Below are positions 9,692 to 20,701 of a DNA stretch of 64,000 nucleotides, in pieces. The stretch covers positions 1,136 through 65,135 of the forward strand of contig JAQTSY010000003.1 in assembly GCA_028711065.1 (NCBI GenBank), given 5' to 3'. The stretch is from Minisyncoccota bacterium. Its GTDB lineage: Bacteria; Patescibacteriota; Minisyncoccia; Phycocordibacterales; JAQTLZ01. Each line of letters begins with the position of its first letter. The stretch's first letter is position 1. The notes beneath the pieces are model-generated. The model saw only the letters and a program-made list of their open reading frames with translations, was not told the origin of the DNA and did not search any database. The position numbers were made by a program, and so were the translations under genes.

Positions 9692-9882
9692 CATGAGAAA
9701 AAAATCTGGACTGCTCCAGATTTTTTCATACATGAGCGAGACGGAGTCATATTTTTTCAGCAGAAAAAAGAGACGAGTCAGGGTCGTGAAAATTATTTCG
9801 TGACGACAAAATAATTATTCCTGACCACAAATAAAAAATCCAAACAGGATACTGAAGCTGTAAGCTTCGAGATTCCAACCCC
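9692..9882 (+). repeat. Structured element after tRNA-Tyr (module B plus module A tail)
   Basis: GACGGA-hp-GAGTCAGGGTCG-hp-TGACC at 9740-9826; GATACTG-AAGCT.GTA.AGCTT; ends TTCGAGATTCCAACCC, echoing the tRNA T-arm. Confidence 0.7.
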
Positions 9883-9891
9883 CAATAGAAC

Positions 9892-12582
9892 CTACTTCAC
9901 CCCCTCACCCTTAGAAACCTGAATATCAGAGACAACGCTTTTCTTTTCGCGACGCCCAACTTTTTTCACTTCAAAAATAAATTCTTTTGCTTTCATTCCA
10001 ACATACACTTCTCCGCCTTTCATAACCCCTCGGGAAATCATAAGGTTCGCAACGGGTGTCATAAGCTTGTCCTGAATAAGCCTCTTCAAAGGCCTTGCAC
10101 CATATTGCGGATTGTAACCTTCTTTCGCCAAGTATTTGAGCACATCTTCTCCGACATCAAGCTTGATCTCCTTTGCAACAAGCCTGTCTTTCACAACTCC
10201 GATCTGAATATCCACGATTTCTTTGATAGCTTCTTCGCTCAAGATATCGAAGACAATAATATCATCGAGACGATTCAAAAATTCTGGTCGGAAATGATCT
10301 TTCAAAGCTCCCTGCACTTTTGATTTAATCTCCTGATAATCGCTCTTTGCGTTTCCAGAACTAAACCCGATCTTCTGCATTTTATCGATGTAATTTGCGC
10401 CGATATTCGAAGTTAATACGATAATCGTATTCTTGAAATTCACCACGCGGCCCTTTGCATCGGTAAGTCTTCCGTTATCAAGCACCTGAAGAAGAATATT
10501 GAACACTTCAGGGTGCGCTTTCTCAATTTCATCGAAAAGGAGTATCGAATACGGTCGGTGTCGAACCATTTCAGTAACACCACCCCCCTCTTCATGTCCT
10601 ACATATCCTGGAGGCGAACCAATGATCTTTGAGACAGAATGTTTCTCCATAAATTCAGACATATCAACGCGAATGAGCGCTTTCTCGTCATCAAACATAA
10701 ATTTCGCAAGCGATTTCGTAAGCTCTGTCTTTCCGACTCCAGTAGGACCGAGGAAAATAAATGAACCGATCGGACGATTCGGATCTGCAACTCCAACACG
10801 AGAACGCTTCACTGCGTCGGAAATCTTTCGCACCGCCTCATCTTGTCCCTTTATTCTAGATTTGAGCTCCTCCTCCATACGAGCGAGCTTGCCGGCTTCT
10901 TCTTCAAGCATTCGGGTCACAGGAATTCCCGTCCATTTCGAAACAATGCCGGCTATATCATTTTCGATAATTTCTTCTTTGAGAATACGGCGTGAACTTT
11001 GCAATTTCTTGAGCCTCTTCACTTTCACCTCAAGTTCTTTTTCAAATTCAGGAATTTTGCCATAACGGATTTCCGCTGCTTTTGAAAGATCAGAATGCGC
11101 TTCTGCACTCTCCCCTTCCATACGAAGGCTCTCAAGTTCTTTCTTAATTGTCTTGATCTCGGAGATAGTTTCTTTCTCGTTTTTCCATTTAAGTTCGATC
11201 TCCGCAGTCTTTTCTTTCAGATCAGCAATTTCTTTTTGAATTTTGGCGACGCGAGATTTTGCGATCTTCGATGTTTCTGCCTCTTTTTTCAGAGCTTCTT
11301 TTTCAATTTCAAGACGCATCACTTTTCGGTGAGTTTCCTCGAGAACTGGGGGCATATCTTCAAGAGAAATTTTGAGCGAAGATGCTGCCTCATCAATAAG
11401 GTCTACCGCTTTATCAGGCAAAAATCTGTCGCTAATATATCGGCTTGAAAGATTTACCGCAGCAATAATTGCGTCATCGGTAATTCGAACGCCGTGGAAA
11501 AGTTCGTATTTTTCTTTGAGTCCCCGAAGAATTGCAATGGCATCTTCAATTGAAGGTTCGCTTACGTGCACCGGCTGAAAGCGTCTTGTAAGTGCGGGAT
11601 CTTTTTCGATATGACGAGAATATTCTTTGAGCGTCGTTGCGCCGATTGCTCGAAGCTCTCCTCGAGCCAGCGCAGGTTTTAGCATATTCGATGCATCCAT
11701 CGAGCCTTCTGCCGCACCGGCACCGACAATAGTATGAATTTCATCAATGAACAGAATAATTCTGCCTTCAGAACGCTCCACTTCTTTAATAATATTTTTG
11801 AGACGCTCTTCGAATTCTCCGCGGTACTTTGTGCCGGCAATGAGAGAACCGAGGTCAAGCGAGACGAGCTCTTTATCTTTCAAAGACTCTGGAACATCTC
11901 CAAGCGCCATTCGACTCGCAAGTCCTTCCGCAATAGCCGTCTTTCCAACTCCGGCTTCACCGATAAGCATCGGGTTATTTTTGGTTCGGCGTGACAGAAT
12001 TTGGATAATACGGGAGATTTCTGCATCACGGCCAATCACAGGATCCAATTTATTTTCCCTCGCAAGTTTTGTCAGGCTCCTTGTATATTTTGAAAGTGAT
12101 TTGAATTTCTTCGGCTGATTGACATCGGTAATTTTTGCGCTTCGAAGTTCTTCGAGCACGCGTAGTACGCCTTCTTTGTCGATTCGAAAACGGGAAAGAA
12201 TTTCTCGAGCGCTTCCCGGAACTTCAAGGATAGCGATGAAGAGGTGTTCTGTAGAAACGAATTCATCTTTAAGTCCTGCTGCAATTTTTGAAGATTTTTC
12301 GATCGCTTCAGCAAGTTCGGGGGTCAAATAGATCTGGTACGACGGAGCAACAACAGCTCCAGATTCCGGGCCTTCGATCGCTTCAATAAGAGAGTCGGAA
12401 AGAAGAAGTGTGTCTACTTCAAGTTTGTCGAGAATAGACGCGACCATACTCTCTTCCTGGAGGAGAAGAGCGGTGAGAAGATGGAGAGGATTTACGTGGT
12501 TTTGACCGCGCTCAATAGCAAGCTCGTGAGCTCTCCTGATCGCCTCCTTTGCTTTGGTTGTGAAATGATTGAATGGGGGCAT
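9892..12582 (-). CDS. clpB: ClpB/ClpC AAA+ chaperone
   Basis: Clp N domain, GEAGVGKT and GPTGVGKT Walker A, long coiled-coil M domain, GARPLKR. Confidence 0.85.
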   Translation of the reverse strand: MPPFNHFTTKAKEAIRRAHELAIERGQNHVNPLHLLTALLLQEESMVASILDKLEVDTLLLSDSLIEAIEGPESGAVVAPSYQIYLTPELAEAIEKSSKIAAGLKDEFVSTEHLFIAILEVPGSAREILSRFRIDKEGVLRVLEELRSAKITDVNQPKKFKSLSKYTRSLTKLARENKLDPVIGRDAEISRIIQILSRRTKNNPMLIGEAGVGKTAIAEGLASRMALGDVPESLKDKELVSLDLGSLIAGTKYRGEFEERLKNIIKEVERSEGRIILFIDEIHTIVGAGAAEGSMDASNMLKPALARGELRAIGATTLKEYSRHIEKDPALTRRFQPVHVSEPSIEDAIAILRGLKEKYELFHGVRITDDAIIAAVNLSSRYISDRFLPDKAVDLIDEAASSLKISLEDMPPVLEETHRKVMRLEIEKEALKKEAETSKIAKSRVAKIQKEIADLKEKTAEIELKWKNEKETISEIKTIKKELESLRMEGESAEAHSDLSKAAEIRYGKIPEFEKELEVKVKRLKKLQSSRRILKEEIIENDIAGIVSKWTGIPVTRMLEEEAGKLARMEEELKSRIKGQDEAVRKISDAVKRSRVGVADPNRPIGSFIFLGPTGVGKTELTKSLAKFMFDDEKALIRVDMSEFMEKHSVSKIIGSPPGYVGHEEGGGVTEMVRHRPYSILLFDEIEKAHPEVFNILLQVLDNGRLTDAKGRVVNFKNTIIVLTSNIGANYIDKMQKIGFSSGNAKSDYQEIKSKVQGALKDHFRPEFLNRLDDIIVFDILSEEAIKEIVDIQIGVVKDRLVAKEIKLDVGEDVLKYLAKEGYNPQYGARPLKRLIQDKLMTPVANLMISRGVMKGGEVYVGMKAKEFIFEVKKVGRREKKSVVSDIQVSKGEGVK

Positions 12583-12730
12583 TTGTTTAGCTTAATTAGC
12601 TTATAGATCTTAGGAAGAACTGAATATTTACATACATTATGCCGTATATGCCATACCTATCTTACGTATTATAGTGTGCAAAGGGGTGCAAATCAAATTT
12701 AGCCGTTTTTCCTCAGCAAACTAAGAGAAA

Positions 12731-13546
12731 TTAGTTCGAGGAGGGAGGAATTTCCGACTTTATCAAATTTATCGGAGTGTAGCTGCTTCTCGAGGAGGTG
12801 CCGTCGCCCAAGAGGTGAATACCGATGATTTCTCCGGAGAGGTTCAAAAGATAGTAGCCAGAAGCAGAATCTGCTGCATTCAAATTTGTTTTTATAAGAG
12901 AAGGAATCTGGGGCACTGTTTTTGCTTTTTCTGCGTCAGGATTATTCATCATGGAAACGCCAGAAATCACTCCAACGCCGACAACATTTCCCGCCTCTCC
13001 CGCTCCTAAAGATATGACCGTTTGTCCAAGACGAATAGTGTCTGAATTAGAAAGTTTTGCCGGAGTGAAAACATATTTGTCTTTGACGTTATCTCCTGCG
13101 GTTTTAAATATTGATACGGACTTCCCTGTCGTCTGCATCGCAAGGATTGGATAGGATTTTCCATCAGAAAAAACCGCGCTTAATTTTCTGTTCGGATCAA
13201 AAGCTACGCTGTCGGAGAGAATAATGCCCTCTTTTGAAACGACAATTCCAAGCTGTGAAAAGCTCTGTATATCTGCATCCTTTATCTGTACAAGACTTTT
13301 TGAATTCCGGTTCACGGCTGAGACGATCAGATCTTCATCCGTAACGGGGACTTCTTTCGTTATAATTGTCGGTTCACCCGGCACGACTTTTTCAACTGTT
13401 GTCTGTATGACTTTGTTAATTGTCTGGGTGACACCGGGCGGAGCCTGGTCAAGAAGTGAAACTGTCACGATACCAGTCGCGATCGAGGTAATAAAACTCA
13501 CGAGAAGGGTGAGGAGAATAATTTGGGATTTGGTCAGTTCTTCCAT
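12731..13546 (-). CDS. HtrA/trypsin-like membrane protein, probably inactive
   Basis: N-terminal TM; GIVVSKEGIILSD, LSNSDTIRLGQTVISLG, LLNLSGEIIGI; the TNxH His is absent. Confidence 0.7.
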   Translation of the reverse strand: MEELTKSQIILLTLLVSFITSIATGIVTVSLLDQAPPGVTQTINKVIQTTVEKVVPGEPTIITKEVPVTDEDLIVSAVNRNSKSLVQIKDADIQSFSQLGIVVSKEGIILSDSVAFDPNRKLSAVFSDGKSYPILAMQTTGKSVSIFKTAGDNVKDKYVFTPAKLSNSDTIRLGQTVISLGAGEAGNVVGVGVISGVSMMNNPDAEKAKTVPQIPSLIKTNLNAADSASGYYLLNLSGEIIGIHLLGDGTSSRSSYTPINLIKSEIPPSSN

Positions 13547-13578
13547 TTATCCTAATGATAGCAGTTTTCTTTGAAATT

Positions 13579-14739
13579 TCAATTTAAAGCTTTTGGAAGA
13601 ATTTTAAGAACTTTATCAAGTTCTGCTTTTGTTGTGCCTCTTCCTAGAGTAAATCGTAATGACGAGCTCTTGCATCGTTCTTTCTCCGGCAATGCGCCGA
13701 TAACATACGAAGAAGGATTTTCGGAGAGATTGTTGCAGGCACTTGCCGATGCGCAAGCAATTCCCGCCTCATCGAGTTTGATGACGGCAAATTCTGCATC
13801 AAGATTTTGAAAACAAATATTTACGTTGTTCGACAGACGTTTTTCCAGATCGCCATTAAGCGAGGCTTTGGGGAATTTCTTCAAAATCCCCGAAATTAAA
13901 TAATCTCGTAAACCCGTGAGGCGGGAAAATTCGCTTAGGCGAATTTTCCCGCAGATCTCCACCGCTTTCCCCATCCCTACAATTCCCGGAACATTTTCAG
14001 TTCCCGATCGAATCCCGCCTTCCTGCCCCCCGCCAAAAAGAATCGGTTCAATTGAAATTTCTTTTTTCTTATACAAAACCCCAACTCCTTTTGGCCCATA
14101 GATTTTTGAGCCATCGAGCGTCATCATTGAGATACCAAGAGAATCCACTTTAAGTGGTAAATAATTCGCCGCTTGTGATGCATCAGTGTGAAAAGCAATT
14201 TTTACTCCAGAATCTTTTGAAAACTGCCGGATGACCCGAGCAATTTCCGAAATCGGTTGAATTGTACCAATTTCATTATTCGCGTACATAATTGTTACAA
14301 GGACAGTATTTTTCTTCAGAGCTTTTTTTATTTCCTTCGCCTCGACAATTCCATTTTCTCTAACTGAAACATAAGTCACCTCTCCCCCTTCGCGCTCGAT
14401 TTGTTTACAGACTTCGAGAACCGAAGGATGCTCGATTACTGTCGTAATGACATGTGGTTTAGCAATTTTCTTTTTTGCGGAGCGGAAAACTCCGAGCAAT
14501 GCCGTATTATTTGCTTCAGTTCCAGAAGATGTGAAAATAATTTCTTCCGCCCGCACACCAAGCTCATTCCCAATAATTTTCCTTGCCCCCATCACAGCCT
14601 TTTTTGCAGAAACTCCTTCAACGTAGAGAGACGAAGGATTTTCAAAATTCTCGGAGAGAAACGGCTCCATAGCCCTCAAAACCTCCTTGTCTAAGGGAGT
14701 TGTTGAAGCGTAATCAAGATATATGCGCTTTTTAACCAT
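13579..14739 (-). CDS. iscS: Cysteine desulfurase (IscS/NifS)
   Basis: YLDYASTTP, FTSSGTEANN, HTDASQ, KIYGPKG, RSGTEN, SASAC. Confidence 0.92.
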   Translation of the reverse strand: MVKKRIYLDYASTTPLDKEVLRAMEPFLSENFENPSSLYVEGVSAKKAVMGARKIIGNELGVRAEEIIFTSSGTEANNTALLGVFRSAKKKIAKPHVITTVIEHPSVLEVCKQIEREGGEVTYVSVRENGIVEAKEIKKALKKNTVLVTIMYANNEIGTIQPISEIARVIRQFSKDSGVKIAFHTDASQAANYLPLKVDSLGISMMTLDGSKIYGPKGVGVLYKKKEISIEPILFGGGQEGGIRSGTENVPGIVGMGKAVEICGKIRLSEFSRLTGLRDYLISGILKKFPKASLNGDLEKRLSNNVNICFQNLDAEFAVIKLDEAGIACASASACNNLSENPSSYVIGALPEKERCKSSSLRFTLGRGTTKAELDKVLKILPKALN

Positions 14740-14845
14740 TGCCGCACAATATAGCAAGAAGCTGTCAATTTTCCCAATTTTCTGTATAATTCCCTCCTAT
14801 ACGTGAACGCTATCGCGATGACGAAAAAACACTTAAATACCTGCC

Positions 14846-16348
14846 ATGAAGCCCGAAAAGAACAACACCATAGTTCGCCCGCCTGTTATTGCAATAATGG
14901 GTCATATTGACCACGGCAAATCAACTCTCCTCGATTACATTCGTAAATCAAATATCGTAGATAAAGAAGCTGGTGGAATCACCCAGCATGTCGGTGCGTA
15001 TGAAGTAGTCCATAAAACTGCCGACGGTAAAGAAAGTAAAATTACTTTCCTCGACACACCGGGACACGCGGCTTTCACCGGCATCCGTTCTCGCGGAGTG
15101 CGCGTGGCAGATATCGCTGTGCTTGTCGTCTCTGCAGAAGACGGAGTGAAAGCGCAAACTATTGAAGCGCTCAAAACAATTCAAGCTGAAGAAATTCCTT
15201 TTATTGTCGCGATTACAAAAATCGACAAGCCAAATGCAAATATAGAGATGGCAAAGCAGAGCATGGCTACGAATGAAATCTATGTCGAAGGTTACGGCGG
15301 TTCTATCCCCTGCGTTGCTATTTCCGCAAAGACTGGAGAAGGTGTTCCGGAGCTTTTGGACATGATGCTCCTCGTATCCGAAATGGAAGAATTGAAGACT
15401 GACACTTCAAAGCCAGCAGAAGGGGTTGTGCTCGAAAGCAATCTTGATCCGAAAAAAGGAATCTCTGCAACGCTCATCCTTACCGATGGCACATTAAAAT
15501 CCGGTTCGTTCGTCGTCTCTGGCAAAAGCACAGCGCCTGTGCGAATCATGGAAAATTTTGCCGGTGTGAAAATTACGGAAGCAATGGCTCCCTCCCCTGT
15601 AAAAATTATCGGCTGGAGTGAGATGCCTCAAATTGGAGAGCTTTTCAAAACCGTAGAAAATAAAAAAGAAGCGGAAAGTTTGGCTTTAACATTCAAAGAA
15701 AAAGCAGATGCGACTCCGGAGAAAAAAGAAGAAGCTACTGATAGATTAGAAATTCCCCTCGTCGTAAAAGCAGACGTGTCGGGAAGTCTTGAAGCTATTC
15801 AAAGTGAAATCGCCAAAATCCCACAAGAGAAAGTGAAATTAAAAATTATTCAATGCGGAATCGGTACCATTTCCGAGAGCGATGTGAAAGTTGCAAACGG
15901 AAGTGTGGGGTCAATTCTCATTGGCTTCAGCGTGAAGATTGATTCTCAAGCGGAGAGCCTTCGAGAGAGACTGGGAGTACAGATGCAGATGTTCGACATT
16001 ATTTACAAACTCGTCGAATATCTCGAAGAAACCGTAAAAACACGGACACCGAAAGTAATGACGGAAGAAGCGACTGGCCGAGCGAAAATTATGAAAACTT
16101 TCAGCCGAAACAAAGACCGACAAATCGTTGGAGGAAAAGTAGAAACGGGTGAAATTAAAACTGGAAAAGAGGTAAAAATTCTTCGCCGAGATGTTGAGAT
16201 CGGCCGAGGGCGAATCAAAGAACTTCAGCAACAGAAAGCCAAGGCGACAGAAATCCGAGAAGGATATGAATTCGGCGCTGATATTGAGGCGAAAATTGAG
16301 ATCGCTCCGGGAGATCGAGTTGAATGTTTTGACGTGGTAGAAAAATAA
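14846..16348 (+). CDS. infB: Translation initiation factor IF-2 (short form)
   Basis: [30 protein letters not shown]. Confidence 0.97.
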   Translation: MKPEKNNTIVRPPVIAIMGHIDHGKSTLLDYIRKSNIVDKEAGGITQHVGAYEVVHKTADGKESKITFLDTPGHAAFTGIRSRGVRVADIAVLVVSAEDGVKAQTIEALKTIQAEEIPFIVAITKIDKPNANIEMAKQSMATNEIYVEGYGGSIPCVAISAKTGEGVPELLDMMLLVSEMEELKTDTSKPAEGVVLESNLDPKKGISATLILTDGTLKSGSFVVSGKSTAPVRIMENFAGVKITEAMAPSPVKIIGWSEMPQIGELFKTVENKKEAESLALTFKEKADATPEKKEEATDRLEIPLVVKADVSGSLEAIQSEIAKIPQEKVKLKIIQCGIGTISESDVKVANGSVGSILIGFSVKIDSQAESLRERLGVQMQMFDIIYKLVEYLEETVKTRTPKVMTEEATGRAKIMKTFSRNKDRQIVGGKVETGEIKTGKEVKILRRDVEIGRGRIKELQQQKAKATEIREGYEFGADIEAKIEIAPGDRVECFDVVEK

Positions 16349-16354
16349 GCAAAT

Positions 16355-16681
16355 ATGGCTGAATTTCGAGACGAAAAAATCATAGCAATTATCAAAGAAG
16401 CGGCAGCACAATTTCTTGCGCAAGAGTCCACTCGTGCTTCCCTTCTCACTGTCACAAAGGTAGTGCTCTCAATAGATGGAAAACAAGCGACTATCTTCTT
16501 CACCGCCTTCCCAACAGAAAAAGAAGAAACGGCGCTCCTTTTTGCAAAGCGAAAACGAAAAGAGTTTCAAGAATATATGCGGGAAAAAACTTCCCTCGGC
16601 CGAATGCCCTTATTCGACTTTGCAATCGATGAAGGTGAAAAGAATCGCCAAAAAATAGATTCTCTGTCGCAAAAAATCTAA
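16355..16681 (+). CDS. rbfA: Ribosome-binding factor A
   Basis: Follows infB; LTVTKVVLS.D, RMP.F.F..D. Confidence 0.85.
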   Translation: MAEFRDEKIIAIIKEAAAQFLAQESTRASLLTVTKVVLSIDGKQATIFFTAFPTEKEETALLFAKRKRKEFQEYMREKTSLGRMPLFDFAIDEGEKNRQKIDSLSQKI

Positions 16682-16722
16682 AAAATGCTACACTAAACGG
16701 GTCATTATTTGAAGAAAGTAAT

Positions 16723-16794
16723 GGCCACGTAGCCAAGTGGTAAGGCAGAGATCTGCAAAATCTCTATGCGGCGGTTCAATTCCGCCCGTGGCCT
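16723..16794 (+). tRNA. tRNA-Cys(GCA)
   Basis: Cloverleaf; loop CTGCAAA. Confidence 0.95.
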
Positions 16795-16796
16795 CC

Positions 16797-16926
16797 GGAC
16801 ACGAACTCGCGCCTGCGCGCGAGTGTGGCGGAATTGAAAGGGTTTTCGATGTTTTCGAAAAGCTTTGCTTTAAGAAAACCGAAAACCACCTGGCGACGTG
16901 GTCGCCAATTCCCAGCCTCGTGGCCC
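16797..16926 (+). repeat. Module-A element with arms matching tRNA-Cys
   Basis: GGCGGAATTGAA (16827-16838) is the reverse complement of the T-arm (16775-16786); three hairpins; ends with a degenerate sense copy CAATTCCCAGCCTCGTGGCC. Confidence 0.8.
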
Positions 16927-16936
16927 TTGTATAATT

Positions 16937-17025
16937 GCCCGGGTGGCGAAATTGGTAGACGCAGAGGACTTAAAATCCTCGGCCCCTTAAAAGGCATGCC
17001 GGTTCGAGTCCGGCCCTGGGCACCA
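16937..17025 (+). tRNA. tRNA-Leu(TAA)
   Basis: Cloverleaf, long variable arm, encoded CCA. Confidence 0.95.
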
Positions 17026-17070
17026 CAATTGTCAGAACGCTTTTTTTCTGTTATTGTTTTTGAGTTTCCA

Positions 17071-17180
17071 GGATTGTGTATGGTCACGGATATTTTGTCT
17101 GCCGTCGCAAACAAAATTCCTCGACCCCGCCTCACCTATTTTTCTTCTTAGAAAAATATGGTTCCGGCTTGCACAAGTCC
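17071..17180 (-). repeat. Module-B structured element
   Basis: Minus strand GCCGGA-hp-GAGGCGGGGTCGAGGAA-hp-GTGACCA, colinear with 9740-9827. Confidence 0.75.
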
Positions 17181-17217
17181 ACAAAAACTTAAAGCAGTTT
17201 AAGTTTTTAGGCATTAT

Positions 17218-17290
17218 GCACCCATAGCTCAGCTGGTAGAGCAGATCCCTCTTAAGGATAAGGTCGAAGGTTCGATCCCTTCTGGGTGCA
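17218..17290 (+). tRNA. tRNA-Lys(CTT)
   Basis: Cloverleaf; loop CTCTTAA. Confidence 0.95.
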
Positions 17291-17448
17291 CAGAAAATTT
17301 TGAAGAAATTTTCAGGCACCCAAGCAAAGCGCGGGGCGCTTTGCGGGAAGGGATCGAAGCCCCGATGAGCAGATTTTTAAGTTCGTAATCGAACGTAAAA
17401 AATCTCCATCGGGGATACTGGTCGTGTAACGACCGATACCCCAGGTGC
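17291..17448 (+). repeat. Module-A element with arms matching tRNA-Lys
   Basis: GCACCCA (17316-22) + hairpin + GAAGGGATCGAA (17347-58) is antisense to 17271-17289; GATACTG-GTCGT.GTA.ACGAC. Confidence 0.8.
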
Positions 17449-17461
17449 CTCAATAAACAAT

Positions 17462-17543
17462 GCCGGGGTGGCGAAATTGGCAGACGCACTTGCCTTAGGA
17501 GCAAGCGGAGTAATCCATGGAGGTTCAAGTCCTCTCCCCGGCA
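17462..17543 (+). tRNA. tRNA-Leu(TAG)
   Basis: Cloverleaf; loop CTTAGGA. Confidence 0.95.
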
Positions 17544-17720
17544 CAAAATGAAAAAACCAGCTTGTGCTGGTTTTTTCATTTTGGCACAGGAGTAAGTGCC
17601 AAAGGGCACTTACGGGAGAGGACTTGAAGCCCGATTGAGCATTTTTTCTAGCTTTACTAAGCGAAGAAAAAATCCAATCGGGGTACTGCTCCTGTAAGGA
17701 GAAAGATTCTCTCCCCCGGC
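17544..17720 (+). repeat. Terminator-like hairpin plus module-A element with arms matching tRNA-Leu(TAG)
   Basis: GGGAGAGGACTTGAA (17614-28) is antisense to 17524-17538; GTACTG-CTCCT.GTA.AGGAG; ends AAGATTCTCTCCCCCGGC. Confidence 0.8.
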
Positions 17721-17893
17721 TTCAACAAAATCGAAAAGTACCGGGCGTAGCCGACAAGTCCTCAATTTATTTATCATTGACTTTCCCCATCAAATATGGT
17801 AATGTCCGGCCAGGGATTGTTCCCTGACATTGTTTTAGTAAGCTTTCCTTCGAACTTCACATTGGCCACAGAGCCAGAAAGACGAGGTGTAAG

Positions 17894-19183
17894 ATGGTTT
17901 TCATCCTTTGGATTGTTTCGCTCGCAGCGAACGCTGGGCTCTTGTGGCTCAACTGGCACTATCTCCATCCGCTTGGAGAATGGTACGAAAAGTCGGCACT
18001 CATCGCACAGGCCTGCTTCATTTTTGTAAGCCTCGGTGATGTAGACATCACAGAGCGAGCAGGAGTACTTTTGTTCGGCTGGCCATTCTTTGAGATCGGC
18101 CCTGGAAAATATCTCGGACTCTGGGGAATCCTTTCTTTTCGGAAGGTCCCCAAGTCAATCGTGTCCCTGATTTTTCCCGATCCAGCCAAGGTCTCCTTCG
18201 ATCATAAGAAGGCAAATGTGGTCGCCGCTGGCAAAGAAATGCCGATTCGGACAACACACTTGGGGATACTGGATACAAGAGACCCGCTTGAAGTATCCAT
18301 GACCACAGAACCAGAAGTCCAAATGCGCTTTATCATTAAAGAGGGAGAAGTGCTCGCATTTCTCTCTGCATTTGGAAGTATCAAAAAATTCTACACGCAG
18401 ATGAGGGGTGTCATTGAGACGAGACTCAACATTGAGTGTCCGCTTAAGACCCTGCGGGCAATCATGATGAATCAACTGCTACTCAACTTACGTCTCAAGG
18501 AAGAGGTTCAGAAAACGATCGACAACACCTCGGGTGGCATTGTCAAAGCGATGCGTATCCTGACACTTCTCGACGTGTCCGTCACGAGCTTCGACAAAGG
18601 ACACGCCCTCAACCTTAGTCTCCGCAAGATGGGAGAAGGAGTGGGAGCCGCAAACGTTATCCACTCCGAAGGCAAGGCGAAAAATGAAGTCGAGCTTGAA
18701 CGTCTGGAATACATTGCGAAAGGAAACAGGGCCCAGCTTATGGCTGAAGTCGATGCGGAAGAGGCATCGGCAAAACGGGTCATGAACACCAAGGGTGGTC
18801 GGCGAGCAGCAGAGTTAGGAACCATCACCAAGATTGCTGGAGAAATCTATAAAAATGCGCAAGTTGCGGTGGTCTCCAACGATCTAGGTTCAAGCCTCAC
18901 TGGGGCATCTGCAGCGCTCGGTATCCTCGGCAAGCTCGAGGGTAAATTAACTCCACCTGACAAAGTCCATAAGGAAGGTGGAGATGGTCATGGACATGAC
19001 AAGACGAAAGATGGGAAGGGCGACGGGAAGCACAAGAAGAAAACTGACAAGGACAAAAAGGGTGGCGGTGGTGGTCCGGGTGAACACGCTGCCCCAAAGC
19101 CCGGCGACGCGACTGCTAAGCCTGACGAGAAAGCGCACGGCGCAGCAGATCCAGGCCACGGAACCCCGCCGACAGGTCACTAA
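17894..19183 (+). CDS. Divergent SPFH/band-7-like membrane protein with low-complexity tail
   Basis: Two N-terminal TMs, ERAGVLLFG..EIGPG, coiled coil, G/K/D/H-rich C-terminus; GAGG RBS. Confidence 0.55.
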   Translation: MVFILWIVSLAANAGLLWLNWHYLHPLGEWYEKSALIAQACFIFVSLGDVDITERAGVLLFGWPFFEIGPGKYLGLWGILSFRKVPKSIVSLIFPDPAKVSFDHKKANVVAAGKEMPIRTTHLGILDTRDPLEVSMTTEPEVQMRFIIKEGEVLAFLSAFGSIKKFYTQMRGVIETRLNIECPLKTLRAIMMNQLLLNLRLKEEVQKTIDNTSGGIVKAMRILTLLDVSVTSFDKGHALNLSLRKMGEGVGAANVIHSEGKAKNEVELERLEYIAKGNRAQLMAEVDAEEASAKRVMNTKGGRRAAELGTITKIAGEIYKNAQVAVVSNDLGSSLTGASAALGILGKLEGKLTPPDKVHKEGGDGHGHDKTKDGKGDGKHKKKTDKDKKGGGGGPGEHAAPKPGDATAKPDEKAHGAADPGHGTPPTGH

Positions 19184-19397
19184 ACTAAAACAAGACAGAA
19201 ACTCTATAGTACGCGAGCCATCAGTGAAATTATCTGGTGGCTCATTTTTTATGCTAAAAATCCCTTTTTTACGTTGAAAAATAAAGCTTTTTTTGAACAA
19301 GTCTTCCTTGACTTATACTTATTAATATGTTATCATAGGAACTAGTCAAAGAGTAAATTGTCAGTTTCACATTCGAAACCAACGGAGGATTGGACAC

Positions 19398-19736
19398 ATG
19401 GGTACAAACGTCGTTTGGATCGTGATCATCATCGTGGTGATCGCAGTAATCGTGAAGGTCATCCCTCGCGCAGGTGCGGGAGTAAGCTGGTGGAGCAGTT
19501 TCAAGGATCCCATCTGGAAGTTCCTCGTGAGCGACTGGAAAAAGCCTTCAATCGCACGCAGAACATTCTTAGGATTGGTATTCCTCTGCGCCGCAGTGTG
19601 GCTGGCTGACCCAGAAGATGTCCGGGCCATGCCGCCGAGCACCAAGCTACGAGCTGTTCTGTTTCTCTTTTCCCTTTTGTTTTGTAGCATTCTCGTGAAT
19701 GCGGCATTAGGGAAAAATGAGACAAAGGATCACTAA
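19398..19736 (+). CDS. Hypothetical membrane protein
   Basis: GGAGG RBS, three hydrophobic segments; TTGACT..TATCAT promoter-like pair near 19308-19336. Confidence 0.65.
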   Translation: MGTNVVWIVIIIVVIAVIVKVIPRAGAGVSWWSSFKDPIWKFLVSDWKKPSIARRTFLGLVFLCAAVWLADPEDVRAMPPSTKLRAVLFLFSLLFCSILVNAALGKNETKDH

Positions 19737-19751
19737 CGAAAGGAGTCGGGC

Positions 19752-20330
19752 ATGAGTAGCGCGAGCACAGGAGGAAGCAAGATACAGCCGGGCGGGCTTC
19801 TCCTCATCGTTGTTGCAATTCTGATACCGTCCATTTTGCTAGTGAGCGTCGTCCACGACGCGGAAGAGAAGGGATACAAGCCGAAGGAGCTGGAGTCGTA
19901 TTCTGGCTCCGGCAAGGCCGAAGAACCGACCAAGGCCCCGGCCGTTACGCCGAAAGGTACGGGGACTCCCATCGCGCCAGCGGAAGCGCCACCCGCAGTT
20001 ATAGTTCGAAGAGAGCTCAAGCCGACCGGCCCGAAAGGTCCGGAAGAGATGGAGCCGATTCCGGTAGAAGCGGGTAGCGAAAGTGAAATACTTCCTATCT
20101 CTACAAACGCAACCCTATTTCGAATCCACCTCGACCGGCGCTCGGACGAACACCATTTCTTCATCGTGTCATACGACGCGAAATTGAAGAATGGAAAATG
20201 GGTCCCAAATCTCGACACTCGCGCGGAGCACGATGCTACGAATGAGTGTGTCGGCACTTTCCCCTTCGTGCAGTTTGTAAACAGGGGGAATGGGGGCGCC
20301 ATGGCTGGTTGGAGAAAGCGAATGGACTGA
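19752..20330 (+). CDS. Hypothetical membrane-anchored protein
   Basis: AGGAG RBS, N-terminal TM, Pro-rich linker. Confidence 0.6.
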   Translation: MSSASTGGSKIQPGGLLLIVVAILIPSILLVSVVHDAEEKGYKPKELESYSGSGKAEEPTKAPAVTPKGTGTPIAPAEAPPAVIVRRELKPTGPKGPEEMEPIPVEAGSESEILPISTNATLFRIHLDRRSDEHHFFIVSYDAKLKNGKWVPNLDTRAEHDATNECVGTFPFVQFVNRGNGGAMAGWRKRMD

Positions 20331-20413
20331 TAGAATAGCGGGTTATAATGGCTGAAAGAACAAATGGTTTCTTTCAGCCATTTGTTCTGTCAATTTTCTA
20401 AAAAAACACTGCC

Positions 20414-20650
20414 TTATGATCCTAAAAGGGTACGAGCGATGAAATTTTTAATAACAATTGCAGCAGTCATAATAAAAAGTCCGATAAGTCCCCACATTAT
20501 ATGCTGGGCACCGGCTTTTCGAGCCTCTTCATCATCAGATTTCCAGATAAATTGAATAACACCGTATACAAAAATAACCACCGCCACGCCAAAAAGAAGT
20601 GTGATGAGAGGATTCAAGACGACCGTTTCCAATTTGCCGATTAAATTCAT
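20414..20650 (-). CDS. VirB2/TrbC-like pilin
   Basis: TM-FIWKSDDEEARKAGAQHIMWG-TM hairpin. Confidence 0.75.
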   Translation of the reverse strand: MNLIGKLETVVLNPLITLLFGVAVVIFVYGVIQFIWKSDDEEARKAGAQHIMWGLIGLFIMTAAIVIKNFIARTLLGS

Positions 20651-20701
20651 AGGAGAAAAACGGAGAAAAGAGCTCGTTGGCGAGCTCTTTCTTTTCAATT
20701 A

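Noticed and set aside
16737-17609. ORFs across the tRNA cluster
   Set aside because: They overlap tRNAs and hairpin elements
16900-17720. Degenerate tRNA 3' copies as prophage att sites
   Set aside because: Only 110-180 bp from the tRNA, no integrase or cargo, and accompanied by antisense copies
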